A stretch of 63,192 nt of DNA, the filler included, from Folioceros fuciformis (taxonomy: Eukaryota), in assembly GCA_049999805.1 (NCBI GenBank). It is 9 parts of 9 records of this genome, joined end to end, with 100 filler letters (N's around TTAATTAATTAA, not from the genome) between each part and the next. Parts side by side here need not be neighbours in the genome. Positions count along the whole stretch, not along the records: positions 34,838 to 39,490 come from JBNGIO010005165.1; positions 39,591 to 45,646 come from JBNGIO010005168.1; positions 45,747 to 51,685 come from JBNGIO010005169.1; 6 more parts are not named here. One strand, written 5' to 3'. How positions within the stretch are numbered: position 1 is the stretch's first letter; the number at the start of each line of letters is the position of its first letter. The position numbers were made by a program, and so were the translations under genes. Of this stretch, positions 37,801-50,424 are shown in pieces. The notes under the pieces were generated by a model, which saw only the letters and a list, made by a program, of their open reading frames with translations, searched no databases and was not told the DNA's origin.

Positions 37801-39038
37801 CACCAGAACAAATATGTCAAGCAAATCCTTGAAAGGTATGGCATGACTTATTGCAAGCACTTAGCAACCCCTGTCGAGCAGAATGTAAAGTACCTGGCAC
37901 AAGATGGCGATGTACCTAAGCAAGATCTGGCTTATGTTGAGGAGAATCCATCGATGAATGGATCTGTAACGCATCTGATGGTGGGCACGAGGCCAGACCT
38001 AGCCTTCAGTTCAGGTCTGTCATCCAGATTTGTTGCCAAGCCAAACCGTTCTCACCAAGACCTGCTGAACAGAATAGACAGGTACATTGTAGCAACAAAA
38101 GAATGGGGCATCTTATATAGCGCAAAGGCAAAGGATGCTCTCCAGCTGGTGATTTACAGTGACGCGGACTGGGCTGGGGACCCAGACAGCTGCAAGTCCA
38201 TATCAAGCTATGTCACGCTGCTTGCAGGCGGCGCAATTTCCTGGAGCAGCAGAAGGTAGAGCACCATAGCATTATCTTCAACTAAGGCCGAGTACAAAAG
38301 CCTCACGGAGGCGTGCAAAGAAGTGACATGGTCAGTGGGAGCTCAGAGTGAGCTGGGCATACCTCAATCGCTGCCAATTGAGCTCTTCTGTGATAACCAG
38401 AGCGCCATAGCGATGTCAATGAATCCGAGGTTCCGCGCGAGAACAAAGCATATTGAGATTCAGCATCACTATATCAGGGAGATGGCAGCGCAAGGTATCG
38501 TTCGAATTTCCTACTGTCCTACAAAGCACATGGTTGCAAATATATTGACGAAGGCGCTCGGGAAGGTAAAGCACTATCAGCACGCCAACAACATGAGACT
38601 CCGCGCAGGTGGAGCGTCCCTGAGATGGAGCGCAACATCGGATTAGCGAGCTAGGAGCACATCGACAGCAGCGGCGGCAAGTGAAGATTGAAGTGGCAGC
38701 GAAGAATGCTCGAAGGGGTTAGGGCCTGACGAGGTTTTCTTAACCTCCCGTCGAGGTTTCTTTGCTGGGTTTCTTTGAGTCGAAACGCCTGTCGCAAAAA
38801 AGTCGAAAAACAATTTAATAGTTAGCTTTAAGACTATACACCTAAGACTAAACTAATCACTAACCATTCAACCTGAGTGGGAGTAATGGAAACTAGGTAG
38901 TTAGGGCAGGTTTAGGTTAGTTAAGTACTAACGATTAGAAACCCTAACTATTCGTTCACGCCTACAAGACACTCTACCTGTAAGCACCAGTGCACTTAAT
39001 CGCTACACGTTTCTAATCTATTCTAAGATTTCCTATCA
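34838..39038 (+). mobile_element. Copia E (C/D family): gag end to RNase H, PPT and 3' LTR
   Basis: ORFs 35221-37149, 37183-38259 and 38323-38646 cover PR, IN, RT (YVDDI) and RH (RTKHIEIQHHYIRE). PPT GAGTGGGAG at ~38875-38883. LTR ~38884-39038 shares TTAGGTTAGTTAAGT with the LTR of C. Confidence 0.9.
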
Positions 39039-39590
39039 TCGTGCAACTCCATACATGACACACAGATGAGCAGACGAGCGAACATGCGTTTTTATTTATG
39101 AAAATATCGCTATTTATGAACGAAGTGATGGAAATATTGCTTCTATGTGCGAGCGCCTTGGATGTTGGTTCTACACGTATCCCATTTCAATGGCATGGAG
39201 GTAGTACATGTGATGATGAGTGCGGGATATATGTGATGGATGTACTTGAGGTCTTGCGGTTTGGTATCTTGAATTGAATCGAATCGACAACTCGAGTTCA
39301 ATGGAACAAAACTTACTCTGTATGCTATAGTTTGAGCTTTGAAGGACTAGTTCCATCAATCGGTAGTGGGACCGTGGAAAAGTTTCTTTCACGTAATCTC
39401 TTAAATCACAAAAAAATTTCCCCCTACAATTGTAATACCATTTTATCGAGGCATCAAGATACATCCATCTCACGTAGCACGGTCTTGATTNNNNNNNNNN
39501 NNNNNNNNNNNNNNNNNNNNNNNNNNNNNNNNNNTTAATTAATTAANNNNNNNNNNNNNNNNNNNNNNNNNNNNNNNNNNNNNNNNNNNN

Positions 39591-40144
39591 CGACCTGTCC
39601 ACTCTTGTTCCTTGCTTGGTCAAGTGCTGTAGGCCGGCCATGTCTCATGGCGTCTGGTAAGGTTGTGGGGAGGAGATACCCAAGAGGGGAGTGTGTTCCC
39701 TTCTTCCTTTTGTTTGGGGTTAGTCTAGTGACTCTTGCCGGGTAGGAGGAGTCCGTAGGGAAGTATACAAGGTAGTGGTGTCGTTGCTGGTTGCTAGTAG
39801 TTGCTGGTGTTGGTGCTGGAGCGAGAGAGTGAGTGAAGTGAGTGAAGGAAGACGCAGATCTGAGAGGTTAGAGTCGTTGTAGTGACTGGAGTGAGTTTGT
39901 GGGCACCGAGAGAGGTGCAGCTGACCGCCGGACAGCGAGGCCTGTCCTACGCCTGATCGGAGCTGGAGGGGAGCCCTCGAATCCGTCATCGAGTCGATCA
40001 AGTCCGACCCTCCATCCATAGCAGCAAGGAACCCCATCGCTCCTTCGTGGGAACGAAACCCAATGTCTCAACGACAGTGGGATAAGTGTGGCCACTAAAG
40101 GTGGGACCCTTCGGCAATCAGTGCCCGGGGTTTTGCCTCCACAC
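39591..40144 (-). mobile_element. Probable Gypsy-type LTR (partial, minus orientation)
   Basis: Read on the minus strand it begins TGTGTGGAGG... and shares CCACAC..TGTCGTT...CATTGGG.TTCG.TCCCA with the plus-strand sequence starting TGTGGGGG at ~41203. Confidence 0.45.
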
Positions 40145-41203
40145 AGGGTCAGGGAAAAAGGCTCCCGCCAAGAGGAGACAGGCCAGTGGCCAGATTGTCA
40201 GGAAAGGAAGCGGGTCAGCGCCACAAGAGGCAACCCCGGAGCAAATTGAGCAGGAGCAGGGAGCTGCTCAAGAACCAGCGGAGCAAGAATAGAACGAGGA
40301 GGAGCCAGAAGCATCTCAGGGGTAGGCACCAGAAATGGAAGTGGTCCCTCCTGAGGGTATGAGGGAATTAGAGCACGTTCCGGAGCAGGAAACCTTCCCA
40401 GAATGGGAGGATTTTTTAGAAAAATTCCTCAGGAGAATAGGCTGTAGATAGAGGAGCTGGAGAAGTTACGAGCGTTGCTGGGAAGGCGGATAACCCAGAG
40501 GGGAATGGCTCCGGTAGGGTCGCAGTAGGTGAATGTGCCAGAACTAACCTCAGCTGTGGTGCAGGCACAAGCGGATGTATTAGACCAGGTGGCCAGGGCA
40601 TTGACCTGGCTGAGCAGGCAGGCGGAGAAGGAGGCCGAGGCCCGAAGTAGGGAGGCAGAGGCAAGTGGAAAGGAGTCAGAAACTTGGAGACAGCTGGCAG
40701 AATCTGAGACGGCACGACGGCTCCTAGAAGAAGAGCAGCGGGTCCTAAGCGAGGGCAAAGCACAAGCAGAAGAAGAGGTGCGCCAGGCTAGGGCGGAGAT
40801 CCAAGCGCTGGTGGAGCAACAAGAGTCGTTCCTAGCTGAGGTGAGGGTAGCCTATGAGACTAATTTGGAGATATATCAAGAGGTGGCTAAGGCTCAGGAG
40901 CAGGAGATGGCTGTGATGGAACAAGTCCAGAAGCTGGCAGACAGGTACAAACGGGAGCGGGACGAGGCCCGGGAGCGAATAAAAAGGGAAAAGCAAGGCT
41001 AGGCGAAGGAGCCAGACGGCGACGCCGGTAGCCGAAGGGGCTACCGGTAGTCGAGTGGCCACACCGGTAGCCAGAGGGGCTACCGGTAGTCTCACGATGC
41101 CCGAGGTAGCTGAAGGGGCTATGGTGGAGGAGGGACGACGCCAGTAGCTGAACCCATGACCCTAGTAGCCGAAGAAATGAGGGCAGAGGCGCTTGTGCCC
41201 AAG
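40144..41203 (+). mobile_element. Partial second copy of the retroelement accessory ORF (coiled-coil part), inverted relative to 43389-44541
   Basis: GSGKKAPAKRR..GQIVRKG and QAQADVLDQVARALTWLSRQAEKEAEAR..WRQLAESETARRLLEEE match the minus-strand copy at nucleotide and protein level. Confidence 0.75.
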
Positions 41204-41700
41204 TGTGGGGGAAAATATTGCACCCGAGGGTACTGTGAGGTCCACACAAGCCCTCTTTGTCGTTATAGCATTGGGATTCGATCCCAAGGGAATGATTTGT
41301 GTTAAATAACACAGGTTGTCTCACAAAGTCAACTACTACCCCATGTCAATCTCGCACGGCTACTACTACCACCTACCCGGCTACCTTGACCTGACCACGA
41401 CTCCACTACCACCATCGCCCCCTCAACTACCTTATCCCCGGGCTACCTTGCGACTGGTCCGGCTACTCTGTCGCCCCTACGGCTACTACTGCTCTCGGCT
41501 ACTTCCGTTTCCCCCTTGGCAACGGTCGCCCAACCGGCTACCTCAATGGGGTCCACACACTCTCTTTCTCTCTCTCTCTGTAACTCACACTTTCTCTCTC
41601 TCTCCTTCTCCTCTTCCCCCGCTCGAATTTACCCCACGGGTTACTTTTTCGACTTATGTCTCCTGACGGTCACGTTCTACCCCCCTTGCTAGTGAACATC
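41203..41700 (+). mobile_element. Probable Gypsy-type LTR start (right end not defined)
   Basis: TGTGGGGG start exactly where homology with 43389 stops. Similar to the minus-strand LTR-like sequence ending at 40144. Contains a CT-rich tract at 41560-41620. Confidence 0.4.
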
Positions 41701-42783
41701 CTCCCCTCACAACACATGCCCTTCCGACCACTCACGTCTACGCGCTGTCCCTCTTTGGGATTGAAGGCGTTCAGTTCATATACCCGCTCACGTTCTTATA
41801 CGACTCCTAATCAATCAGAGCAGTCTCATCGACTACCCTATTCTTTTCCCATCCTCAGCTGGTCTCACACACCCACTCGCGCGTCCTCTCGCTTCAGTCT
41901 CACACGCATACAGTCATCTCTTTACCTCAAGGTATTCCGTCTCAATGCATAGGCACATCTCGCTTTCGTCACACCCTTTTACTCCATGCACTTTCTTGTC
42001 GACCACAACCACCTTGTCGCAGCGCCACACACCCGCTGATTAGCTCCTCAGCTCAATCTTCGCCAACCCCAGGTTTACACACCCACAGTCACCACAGTTA
42101 TTCCGCCACTCAACCTCTTCCTTCTAACACCGTCACCCTCATGACCAACGGCCACTCACCGCTTTTGCAACATCAGTCACTCTGACTTGCATTACTCCTC
42201 CTCCAACATACATTCATCGGCACTCTTACACGCACACCCTCTCATTTTTCAACCCACTCATGACTCTCAACATACTCCTCCACCTCGCCCATCCAGGGCC
42301 TCTCTTCCCTCTGAAATTGAAGGAATGGTGGGTATCCACTTCCACTCTAGACTCACGGATTCGGCCTCTAGCACCTTTACCACTCCACGCAACCGTCACA
42401 GGAATAGCTGGGGAGTTCGTCTCCCACTCGGTGAGGTCTCTCCTCCCGATTCGTTCCCGGTTTCCGATTACGGAGCATCCACCACCTGCACCCACACCTT
42501 TAGAACACTACGCGCGCTCGCTTGCCTGGACCTCTTGTCCAGCAACGGCCATCGCTAGGCTTCCACAAGGTCGGAATGTCTAGCTGGTTTCTTGCTGATT
42601 TTTCTGAGGCCTCAAACTGGCCTCTTGTACACGGTAGTGGCGGTCTTTCCTCCATAAAGTATGTCAGGAGTTAGTCAACGCTCTTAAATTATGAGCGGCT
42701 TAGGTCCAAGCAAAAACAATCCAAAAAAAAACTAGCCTAGATTGTAATTACTATCGCCTCCCTCTTTACCGCTGGCGCCTTCC

Positions 42784-45420
42784 TCAAGGCCGTCGCGCTC
42801 CTCCCCCTACTGGTCCGCCTCTAGCCCTCCTGCCCTGCCGTTGGCCAGGCAAGTCCTCCCATAGGGCCTCCACGTCACTACTGCTACTGCTGGCCCTCGC
42901 TGGCGGCGGTGCAGGTGGGTCCCATTGCAGGAAATTCCTCTCCTCCCTTCGTTGCCGATTACTGAGGATGAGGATAGGCTCCCATTCAACCCAGCGTTGC
43001 ACCTCCTCCTCCGTCAGTTCCTCCAAGATTGCCTCAAAATAGTAGTGAGGCAGCCCCCATACCCACCAGCGTAAGTAGTAGATGCCCCTGCGGGTCTTCA
43101 GTTGTAGGCCGTAGCCCCGTGTCCCTCCTGTGCCCATACGTACATACAAAAACAGCTTCAGAACTTGGGCTCCTTCCACATAGAGGCCTGGCACATAAGA
43201 AGCCTCCTCCACATACTACAACATAACCTGGCCCTCTGTCATAAGGGAGGCGCTTACCCCTTCCTCCCTTGGGCTACCTCGCGCTGCCTTACCCCTACTC
43301 TCCTGGGGTACCTGAGAGTCCTCCATCCCTCCAGCTGCTACTGCTTCCCCCAGCTCAGTCCGCGTGGTGCGAGTCGCCCTCTTGGAACGCCTGGGCACAG
43401 GCACCTCTGCCCTTACTGCTTCGGCTACCGGGGTCATGGCTTCAGCTACCGGCGCCGTACCTCCCCCACCGGTAGCCCCTTCAACTACCTCGGGCGTCGC
43501 GAGACTACCGGTAGCCCCCCCGGCTACCGGTGTGGTCATTCGACTACCGGTAGTCCCTCCGGCTACCGGTTCTGGAACACGACTACCAGTAGCCTCGTCG
43601 GCTACCGATTCTGGAATTGGACTACCAGAAGCGTTTTTGGCTACCGACGTCGTCGTCCGACCACTGTGCCCAGCCTTGCCCTTCCCTTTTACTCACTCTG
43701 TGGTCTCGTCCCACTCCCGTTTGTACTTGTCTGCCAGCTTTTGGGCTTGTTCTATTGCAGCCGTCTCTTGCTCCTGAGCCTTGGCCACCTCCTGCTGTAT
43801 TTTCAAATTAGTCTCATGGGCTACCCTCACCTGAGCTAGGCAACTCCTATTGCTCTATCAGCGCTTGGATCTCTGCCTTGGCCTGGCACGCCTCTTCTTC
43901 TGCTTGTGCCTTGCCCTCGCTCAAGACCCGCCGCTCTTCTTCCAGGAGCCGTTGTGCCGTTTCAGACTCCACCAGCTGTCTCCAGGCTTTGGACTCCTTT
44001 CCTCTTGCCTCTGCCTCCCTACCTCGGGCGTCGGCCTCCTTCTCCGCTTGCCTGCTCAGCCAGGTCAATGCCCTAGCTACCTGGTCCAACATGTTCGCTT
44101 GTGCCTGCACCATGGCTGAGGTTAGTCCTGGCAGATCCACCTCCTGCGACTCTACAGGAGCCATTCCCCTCTTGGTTATCTGCCTCCCTAGTAGCACTCG
44201 TATCTTCTCCAGCTCCCCTGCCAGTAACCTATCCACCTGAGGAATTTTCCTAAAAACTGTTCCCATTCTGGGAAGGCTTCCTACTCCGGAGCGTGCCCTA
44301 ATTCACTCCTCTTCTCAGGAGGGGCCACTCCCATCGCTAGCATATGTTCTTGGGGTGCTTCTAGTTCCTCTTCGTTCGGTTCCTGCTCTGCCGACTCTTG
44401 GCCTGCTGGTTTTTGAACAGCTCCCTGCTCCCCCACAGCCCGTTCCAGGCCTACCTCTCGTGACGCCGACCCGATTCCTTTTCTGACAATCTGACCATTG
44501 GCCCGTCTCCTCTTGGCGGGAGCCTTTTTCCCTGACCCTGCCTTTCTCTTCTGCCTAGCAGGGGTCCCCTCCTCCGAACTATCCACATCGCCTGACTCCC
44601 AGCTGCTGGAGTCGGCTCCCGCTGGCTTGGCGGGCTTCCACTTTACATCTCTTATTGGTCTCCACATGTGCAGTGAGGCGAGCACCTCCAGCTCAGATAC
44701 GAGATTAGCATAGCAGTAGATATGAATTAGAAAGGGAGAAATCATTGAAGGTCGGGTAGAGGAAAGGGTTAGATTCTGCCTTTCCTCGTCCATCTTGGCG
44801 TACAGGATTTTCCCCCAGTCCACCTTGCTTCGCTTGACCACCTCGTACACAAGCAGGAGCATCTGGTCGGAGAGATAATCTTGCTTGCGAACCTACAGGA
44901 AACATAGGAACCACCTGGCCAGACCCATCAGCTGAGGGTTGGCCATGTCGTGGACCAGCCACCCGTTGGCTTCCTTCTTGGTGCCTGGTTTGAGTAGCCC
45001 TACGGCCTCCGCCGTGCCACCTCGTTTCTTCAGGGACTCCAGCACCAGTCCCCCCCTCCTCCTGCTGGTCGCGGCCATACACTTGCCTTACCAGCTCCAA
45101 GTTCCATGCTTGGGTCTACCACAGATTCCCTCTTCTTGGACAGGCTCTCTCATTCTCAGGGCGCACTCCCTAACCAGCTGCGGCGCCACAGGATTCCACC
45201 TCTAGGTCATGAACCCGAGGCCTAGTTCTCCAACCAATCCTCTGGCTTTGACCCTCCAGTGCTCCATGTTGGGCCACAGGAGCACGTCAATCCTCGGTAT
45301 AGGGGAGTCTCCCTCTTGCTCAGGTACCGTTACTCCCGATAGCAATTTTGGCCATGACCTCATCCTGCCTGATTCTTCCCCGTACTCCAAACCCTGCTGC
45401 CCTCCTGCACCTGTGGTCGC
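42784..45420 (-). mobile_element. Decayed retroelement accessory ORF: globular 'plant transposon protein'-like domain, basic linker, coiled coil, low-complexity tail
   Basis: Pieces 45390-45202, 45078-44893, 44862-44281, 44266-43847, 43539-43216 and 43212-42784 read as one broken ORF. KVDWGKILYAKM..SMISPFLIHIY resembles extra-ORF domains of large Gypsy elements. No gag or pol motifs are present. Confidence 0.55.
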
Positions 45421-45784
45421 CGGCGATCTTCGCTCGCTCTGCTATACTGCCTAAGCTTCCACTCCCCTCCGGCCATCGTCGCGCTTCGCGGCTACTCCCG
45501 CTCTTGCTCCAACCTACGAAAGTTTTTGCCTCGATTACTGCCCAGGTCCTCCCCTGATTTGCCCTAGGGTTTTATGCTGCCGTTCCCGTTCCACTACCGC
45601 CGGTTGGGCTACTGTCGGTTTCCCTTCCACGACGGTCGTCCAACCGNNNNNNNNNNNNNNNNNNNNNNNNNNNNNNNNNNNNNNNNNNNNTTAATTAATT
45701 AANNNNNNNNNNNNNNNNNNNNNNNNNNNNNNNNNNNNNNNNNNNNAGTAACATTTTTTGTTCTATTATCTTTATCATCAAGTA

Positions 45785-46400
45785 AAGTTTAGTAGATAGT
45801 ATTTTGTCTTGCTCTCTCCGCAAAATACACACGAAATAATTTTTGATGCGTACAAAGGGGCAGTAGAAACATGTGGGCATCCGCAACGACTCCGATTAGA
45901 CTTTGCAATAGAGCATAACCTAGTAGACGCAACTTCGTGAGAGAAACCTCTGGAGAATGGCGGTAACTTCATTAGGGGCCCATTCGTTCACAATCAGGTG
46001 AGGATGAAGAGGTAAACATAGGGTGGAAATGTAGGGTGCATAGAGAAAGGGGTGAGATTTTATTGAAGAAATAGCTTACTAAGGTGGAACTTGTAGGCAT
46101 GTCATGCCATAATTTGGTGGTGGAGGGGTGTAGGTGTTTGGTGCAGAGGATTGAACACTTTGGCGCTTGTTGAAGGAGAAGTGGGGGTTTTTGTACAAGG
46201 GGTATATGCTAGATTTGCAAGTGAGCAATGAGTTGGATACGACAAACCTATGGCATGTGCACTTGCTGCACACAACATTTAGGCCTACAATGAGGAAGGA
46301 GTTGGCCACCTTCATCAGAGTTTGGAACATGTGCAAAGTGAGGAACACAATTTTTGGAGATGAGTACATCCCAAGCCATGTTCCAACCAAGGCATTGTAA
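45785..46400 (+). mobile_element. Integrase-core DDE transposase remnant (HNQRIERLW type, IS3EU-like) split by a GT-AG intron
   Basis: Exon A reads KFSR*YFVLLSPQNTHEIIFDAYKGAVETCGHPQRLRLDFAIEH..NFIRGPFVHNQ. Intron 45998-46146. Exon B reads RIEHF(-1 fs)WRLLKEKWG..ELDTTNLWHVHLLHTTFRPTMRKELATFIRVWNMCKVRN. Confidence 0.7.
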
Positions 46401-47293
46401 GAAGCAGAGCGTCTTGCTGGACTTGTCAGGCGACCTCCATACCGCGTGGACAACGAAGATGATGAAGATTACATGATTCCAAGGCCCCAATTTGCATGGA
46501 ACAATGCACCTGAGGTGTGGGCCTTGCGACAACTTCCATTGCTAAAAGGGGTAAGGCAAGTGCGTGTTATATGTCCTCACTTGCAAGCTGGTTATGTAGG
46601 AGTTGGAAGATGCAAGAGACTGGGCATACCTTATTGGGCAGGAGTTGTAGAAGTAGGCTAGGCACTTTAATCTGTTGTGTTGCTTTTGCTGAGGCTCGGG
46701 TGGTGTACAGAGTACCTGCCAGATGTATATCGCTTGTATCAGGCCTTGACATCAATGTGCTTGTATTGCAGACGATGAGGTGTGCACCTTGAACAATAGG
46801 TTTTGACGTGGAGGGAGGAGTGCAGCCTATGGACGTGGCGGGTTATCAACCTACTATGAGGCCTCTTGGTGGAAGGAGAGTAGAGTGGTGGTAGGAGGTC
46901 ATATGTAGATGCGATGTAGACGTTCCACAATGTTGTGAGCTGGAATGAGATAGAAGCAATCACACTTAGTAGGCTAACTATGGACAATTAGAAAGGCAGA
47001 AATTAGACACCCGTGATCACGAGAAATCAGAGTTGCAATTGATAAGAACATTGTTCACAATAAGATCGGGCAACCGGGTAAAACACGGGCAACCGTTGAA
47101 GTGTGTTAAAAATCGGGCAACGAAGAATGTTTGTTGCAAAATGTGAGTTGTGAGACACACACAGTGAGGAGCATGGAGGGAGACGCGGGCTAGAGAGGCG
47201 CCTATGAGGCGTCCTTGCAGCCGTGGAGGGTGGCTGAAATTTCGTGGTATGGATGGAGAGCTTTTGGGCCGAAACCATTCTCGAAAGACCTTG

Positions 47294-47560
47294 CTATCCT
47301 AGTTCCAAGTTCCAACAAGCATTCCAAGTTGCCACATGTTTGTGTTCGTCGGGTCCATTAACTAGTGTCAAACTGCTAGCAACAAACTCATAAGCTTGTA
47401 GTCCCCGTGGTTCGATCTGCTTATGCAAATGCTTCCCCTTGACGAACGTTGGATTGTCCAAGTCTGAACATGGCTGGACGAGGCTCACAAAAGTGATAGA
47501 ATCATGACCAACTATGCTTCTCCTTGCATGGCAATAAGCCATGGTAGCAAGAGGGCTAAA
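47294..47560 (-). pseudogene. PLS-class pentatricopeptide-repeat gene fragment
   Basis: HDSITFVSLVQPCSDL..KGKHLHKQIEPRGLQAYEFVASSL..HVATWNA follows the PLS-PPR consensus PDxITFVSLLxAC..GKxLHxxI..GL..DxFVxSSL..VVxWNA. Confidence 0.5.
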
Positions 47561-47904
47561 AGAAAGCGAGTTAAAGTGTTGTATAAGCTGGTCCGCAACC
47601 TCCCTGTAAGTTGTAGTCATAGTATAGCAAGTTGTAACAACTTGGTCTTAGATGTGCATGCTTGGTGAGGAGTTTTCATCGTGATCGGTGAAGACTCGGG
47701 TTGCCGCCAGCACATGAAGCTCAAGGGCCCATCCTCCATAAGTGCCGACAACAGATCTAAGAGAAGATGAGTATCCCACCTTTTGCTTCAAATTTCTCTT
47801 GTGAGAATTCCCCCTTCCTTTTTCTTTGCTTTCCCTCTTTTCTTTTCTTTTCTTTAAAGTAAGTGTAAGTCAAGAAAAAAAGGTTAGACCCATTGGAGAA
47901 GTGA

Positions 47905-48041
47905 CAGGGGTGGCGCCCGTTGGCGGAACGGGCGCATCGTATAGTTCAAAGGGTGCGCCGTTCCGTGAAATGGGGCACCCTGTTTCGTGCCCCCCCCCCC
48001 TCTCCAGCGCGCTGCTCCTCACGAAAGGGGCGCCACCTCAG
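47905..48041. repeat. Possible MITE / short inverted-repeat element
   Basis: CAGGGGTGGCGCCC at 47905 pairs with GGGCGCCACCTCAG ending at 48041 (11 contiguous matched bases). No target-site duplication seen. Confidence 0.3.
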
Positions 48042-48329
48042 GGCGCGACCCCCTCCACAGATGCGCCCCCTCCAGTGATTGCGGTGCCCTGGGCGGGCAC
48101 GCTAATTATGATAGCCCAGGTGCTAGCCGCAGCGATGCCTCTTGCGGATCGACTTGTCCAATATTGGAGGAAAAAAACAGGGGATCAGATCCTGTGGGAC
48201 TCGAATCACGGATGGGGCCTCCTTGGGCTCCGAATCCACACGACCAAATCCTCCTCGCTCAGCATCGAGGTAGCGGGCATAATCTGGCAATCTAGTGATG
48301 TGATTGTTCCCGAGATTTCTACCTGTCCG

Positions 48330-49853
48330 CCCTACAGTGGCATCGGTCTCCGACGTGGTTGAGCCAAGTGAGGCAAGCTGCCCTCGCAAGTGTTTGAACT
48401 TTGAGGTGTGGGCAGAAATCGTGTCAACCTCCTTCATCCTTAAGGAGTTGAATTCCTGCCTTACGCTGGTCAAGGTTAAAACATTGTTAACGTTGTACGT
48501 GTTTGATAGTTGATCCCAGATCGCCGAAGCCTCCGTAAGAAATTCAACACTGGGCACCAAGCTAGAATCAAGGCTACTAATCAGAAGGGCGATGGCGATC
48601 CCATTCAGGTAATCCCACTTCTCGATATCAGTAGTAGACGGAGTAGGTGTGGCGGCAGGGTTGGGCTTCGAGGTTGTACCATCAACAATCTTCCAAACCC
48701 CTCGACCGATGAGGATGGACTTCATTCAAATGTGCCAAACTTGGTAGTGCTGACCATTAAATCGGTCCTTTTCCTTGAGGTGGTTGGTGAAAACAAGACT
48801 CGAGCCTGTAAGGCCAAGTCTATTCCTCCACTTCCCAATCTCTTGACTTCTCCTCTGCTATGGGCATGTGATAGGGATGCCGAGGAGCGCTGGTGACCTT
48901 GCAGGTGTGTGGTAACAGCGACCCCAACCCGATGCTAGTGTTGCTGCCCCTAGGACTACGAGGTAGGTGTCACAGCAGCGTGGAGATCGAGGTCAGGCGG
49001 ACGGTCAAGCATGGTTTATCCCTACAGCCCGAAGCCTAAACGATTGGCTTGGGCTTTCTGCAATGTGCCTGATGCGCTCGTCTTTTCTTTTTTTCTTCTT
49101 TTTGTTTCCCGCATTATGACCTGGGATTGTGACACCTGTCTGATGCTCCTGTCCTCCTATTTTTCCTCGAGTGAGGGGTGCTGAGGACGAGTTGGGGCAG
49201 CAGTGGCTAAGCAGGCTTGTGGTGGCAACGCCTCGAGCACGACACCCGCTGTAGCTCTAGAGGGGTCTTGTTCCTTGGGTGTGGATCAGCTCAAGGCTTG
49301 AGGTTCCTCTTGTTTGCCCCTCGCTTTCTACTTTCCTTAATTCCAAATTGCAAATCAAGGATGCGTGTTTGGGTGCAAAACCATAACTAGCATTTACATA
49401 CTTAAATCATATTTTCCTAGGAGTAGTTTAGGGGATTCTGTCCCTAGGATCTAGATTCTAAGGTTGCTGCGCATGGGGCAAGGATACATTGGCCATAGGG
49501 CCTGGGTGCCATAAGCACTGATGGCGACTGCGCTTTGTGATCAATTGTAGAATATTAGGAATGCAATCTAGGATGCATGTGTAGGCTAGATTATGAAGCC
49601 TTTTGAGGCTTTGATACCATGTGAATTTCTTAGCAGCAGGATTGCATTTAGTTTAGAATGATCAAGACGCCATGCTCACAAAGATGTCTCGTGTTAATCT
49701 ACAGAAGGTGTATACAAAGTGTGTTTTAAATAGGGTCACTAGGTGTCTTTTCCGAAGAGGCACACTCGTTCGTAAGTACTAGACACTATTAATTACGGTC
49801 TACAATAACTAGTTGGTCGGTAGGGTTATGGGCAGATTATCCATTCCGTAACA
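48330..49853 (-). mobile_element. Copia F: 5' LTR, PBS, leader and truncated gag
   Basis: PBS TGGTATCAAAGCC at 49619-49607. LTR ~49853-49620. Gag reads KEKDRFNGQHYQVWHI*MKSILIGRGVWKIVDGT..LRMKEVDTISAHTSKFKHLRGQLASLG and is cut at ~48330. Confidence 0.8.
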
Positions 49854-50424
49854 GGATGGGCCTACTTCGAAACCTCCTTAGTGTTCCTTGAGGGAGGTGT
49901 CCCGACTACTTTTTTTGAATATTTTATTAAAATATCATATATTATTTGAAAAATAAATATATCCAATTGATTAATTTTCATTATTGATAAGTTTCACTAA
50001 AAATAATTGTTACTACGTGCCATATTAAAAAAATGACTAACTAATGAAAAACTTTAGCTAAAAAGTCTTCTATCTCACTTAAAAGTATATCATGTTATGA
50101 AATAATCGATAGTATACACTCGTGATACTTTTTAAGGATGACTAATCACTTATTACTTAGATATTAAGCTTCCACCAAGAGTAGTGTGTGTCTGGTTTCT
50201 ATATTCAGTAAATAAAATCCTCATGCATAAGTTCTTGCCTTGCTTTGCTATGGCATACCAAACTGGACAGAGGGGAGCGTGTACTATTTTATGGTTTTCA
50301 CCTCCTTGGACTTTTTTCCACACTAAAATTTTTTCTATGGTTTTCACTTTCTCGGACTTTTTCCCACACCTGACACTTAGATCTCTCTAAATTTTTTTCT
50401 TAAAAACAAATCTCAAACAATCAA

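Noticed and set aside
39171..39473. 100-aa minus-strand ORF next to a gap
   Set aside because: No recognisable motif or splice support, so it cannot be assigned.
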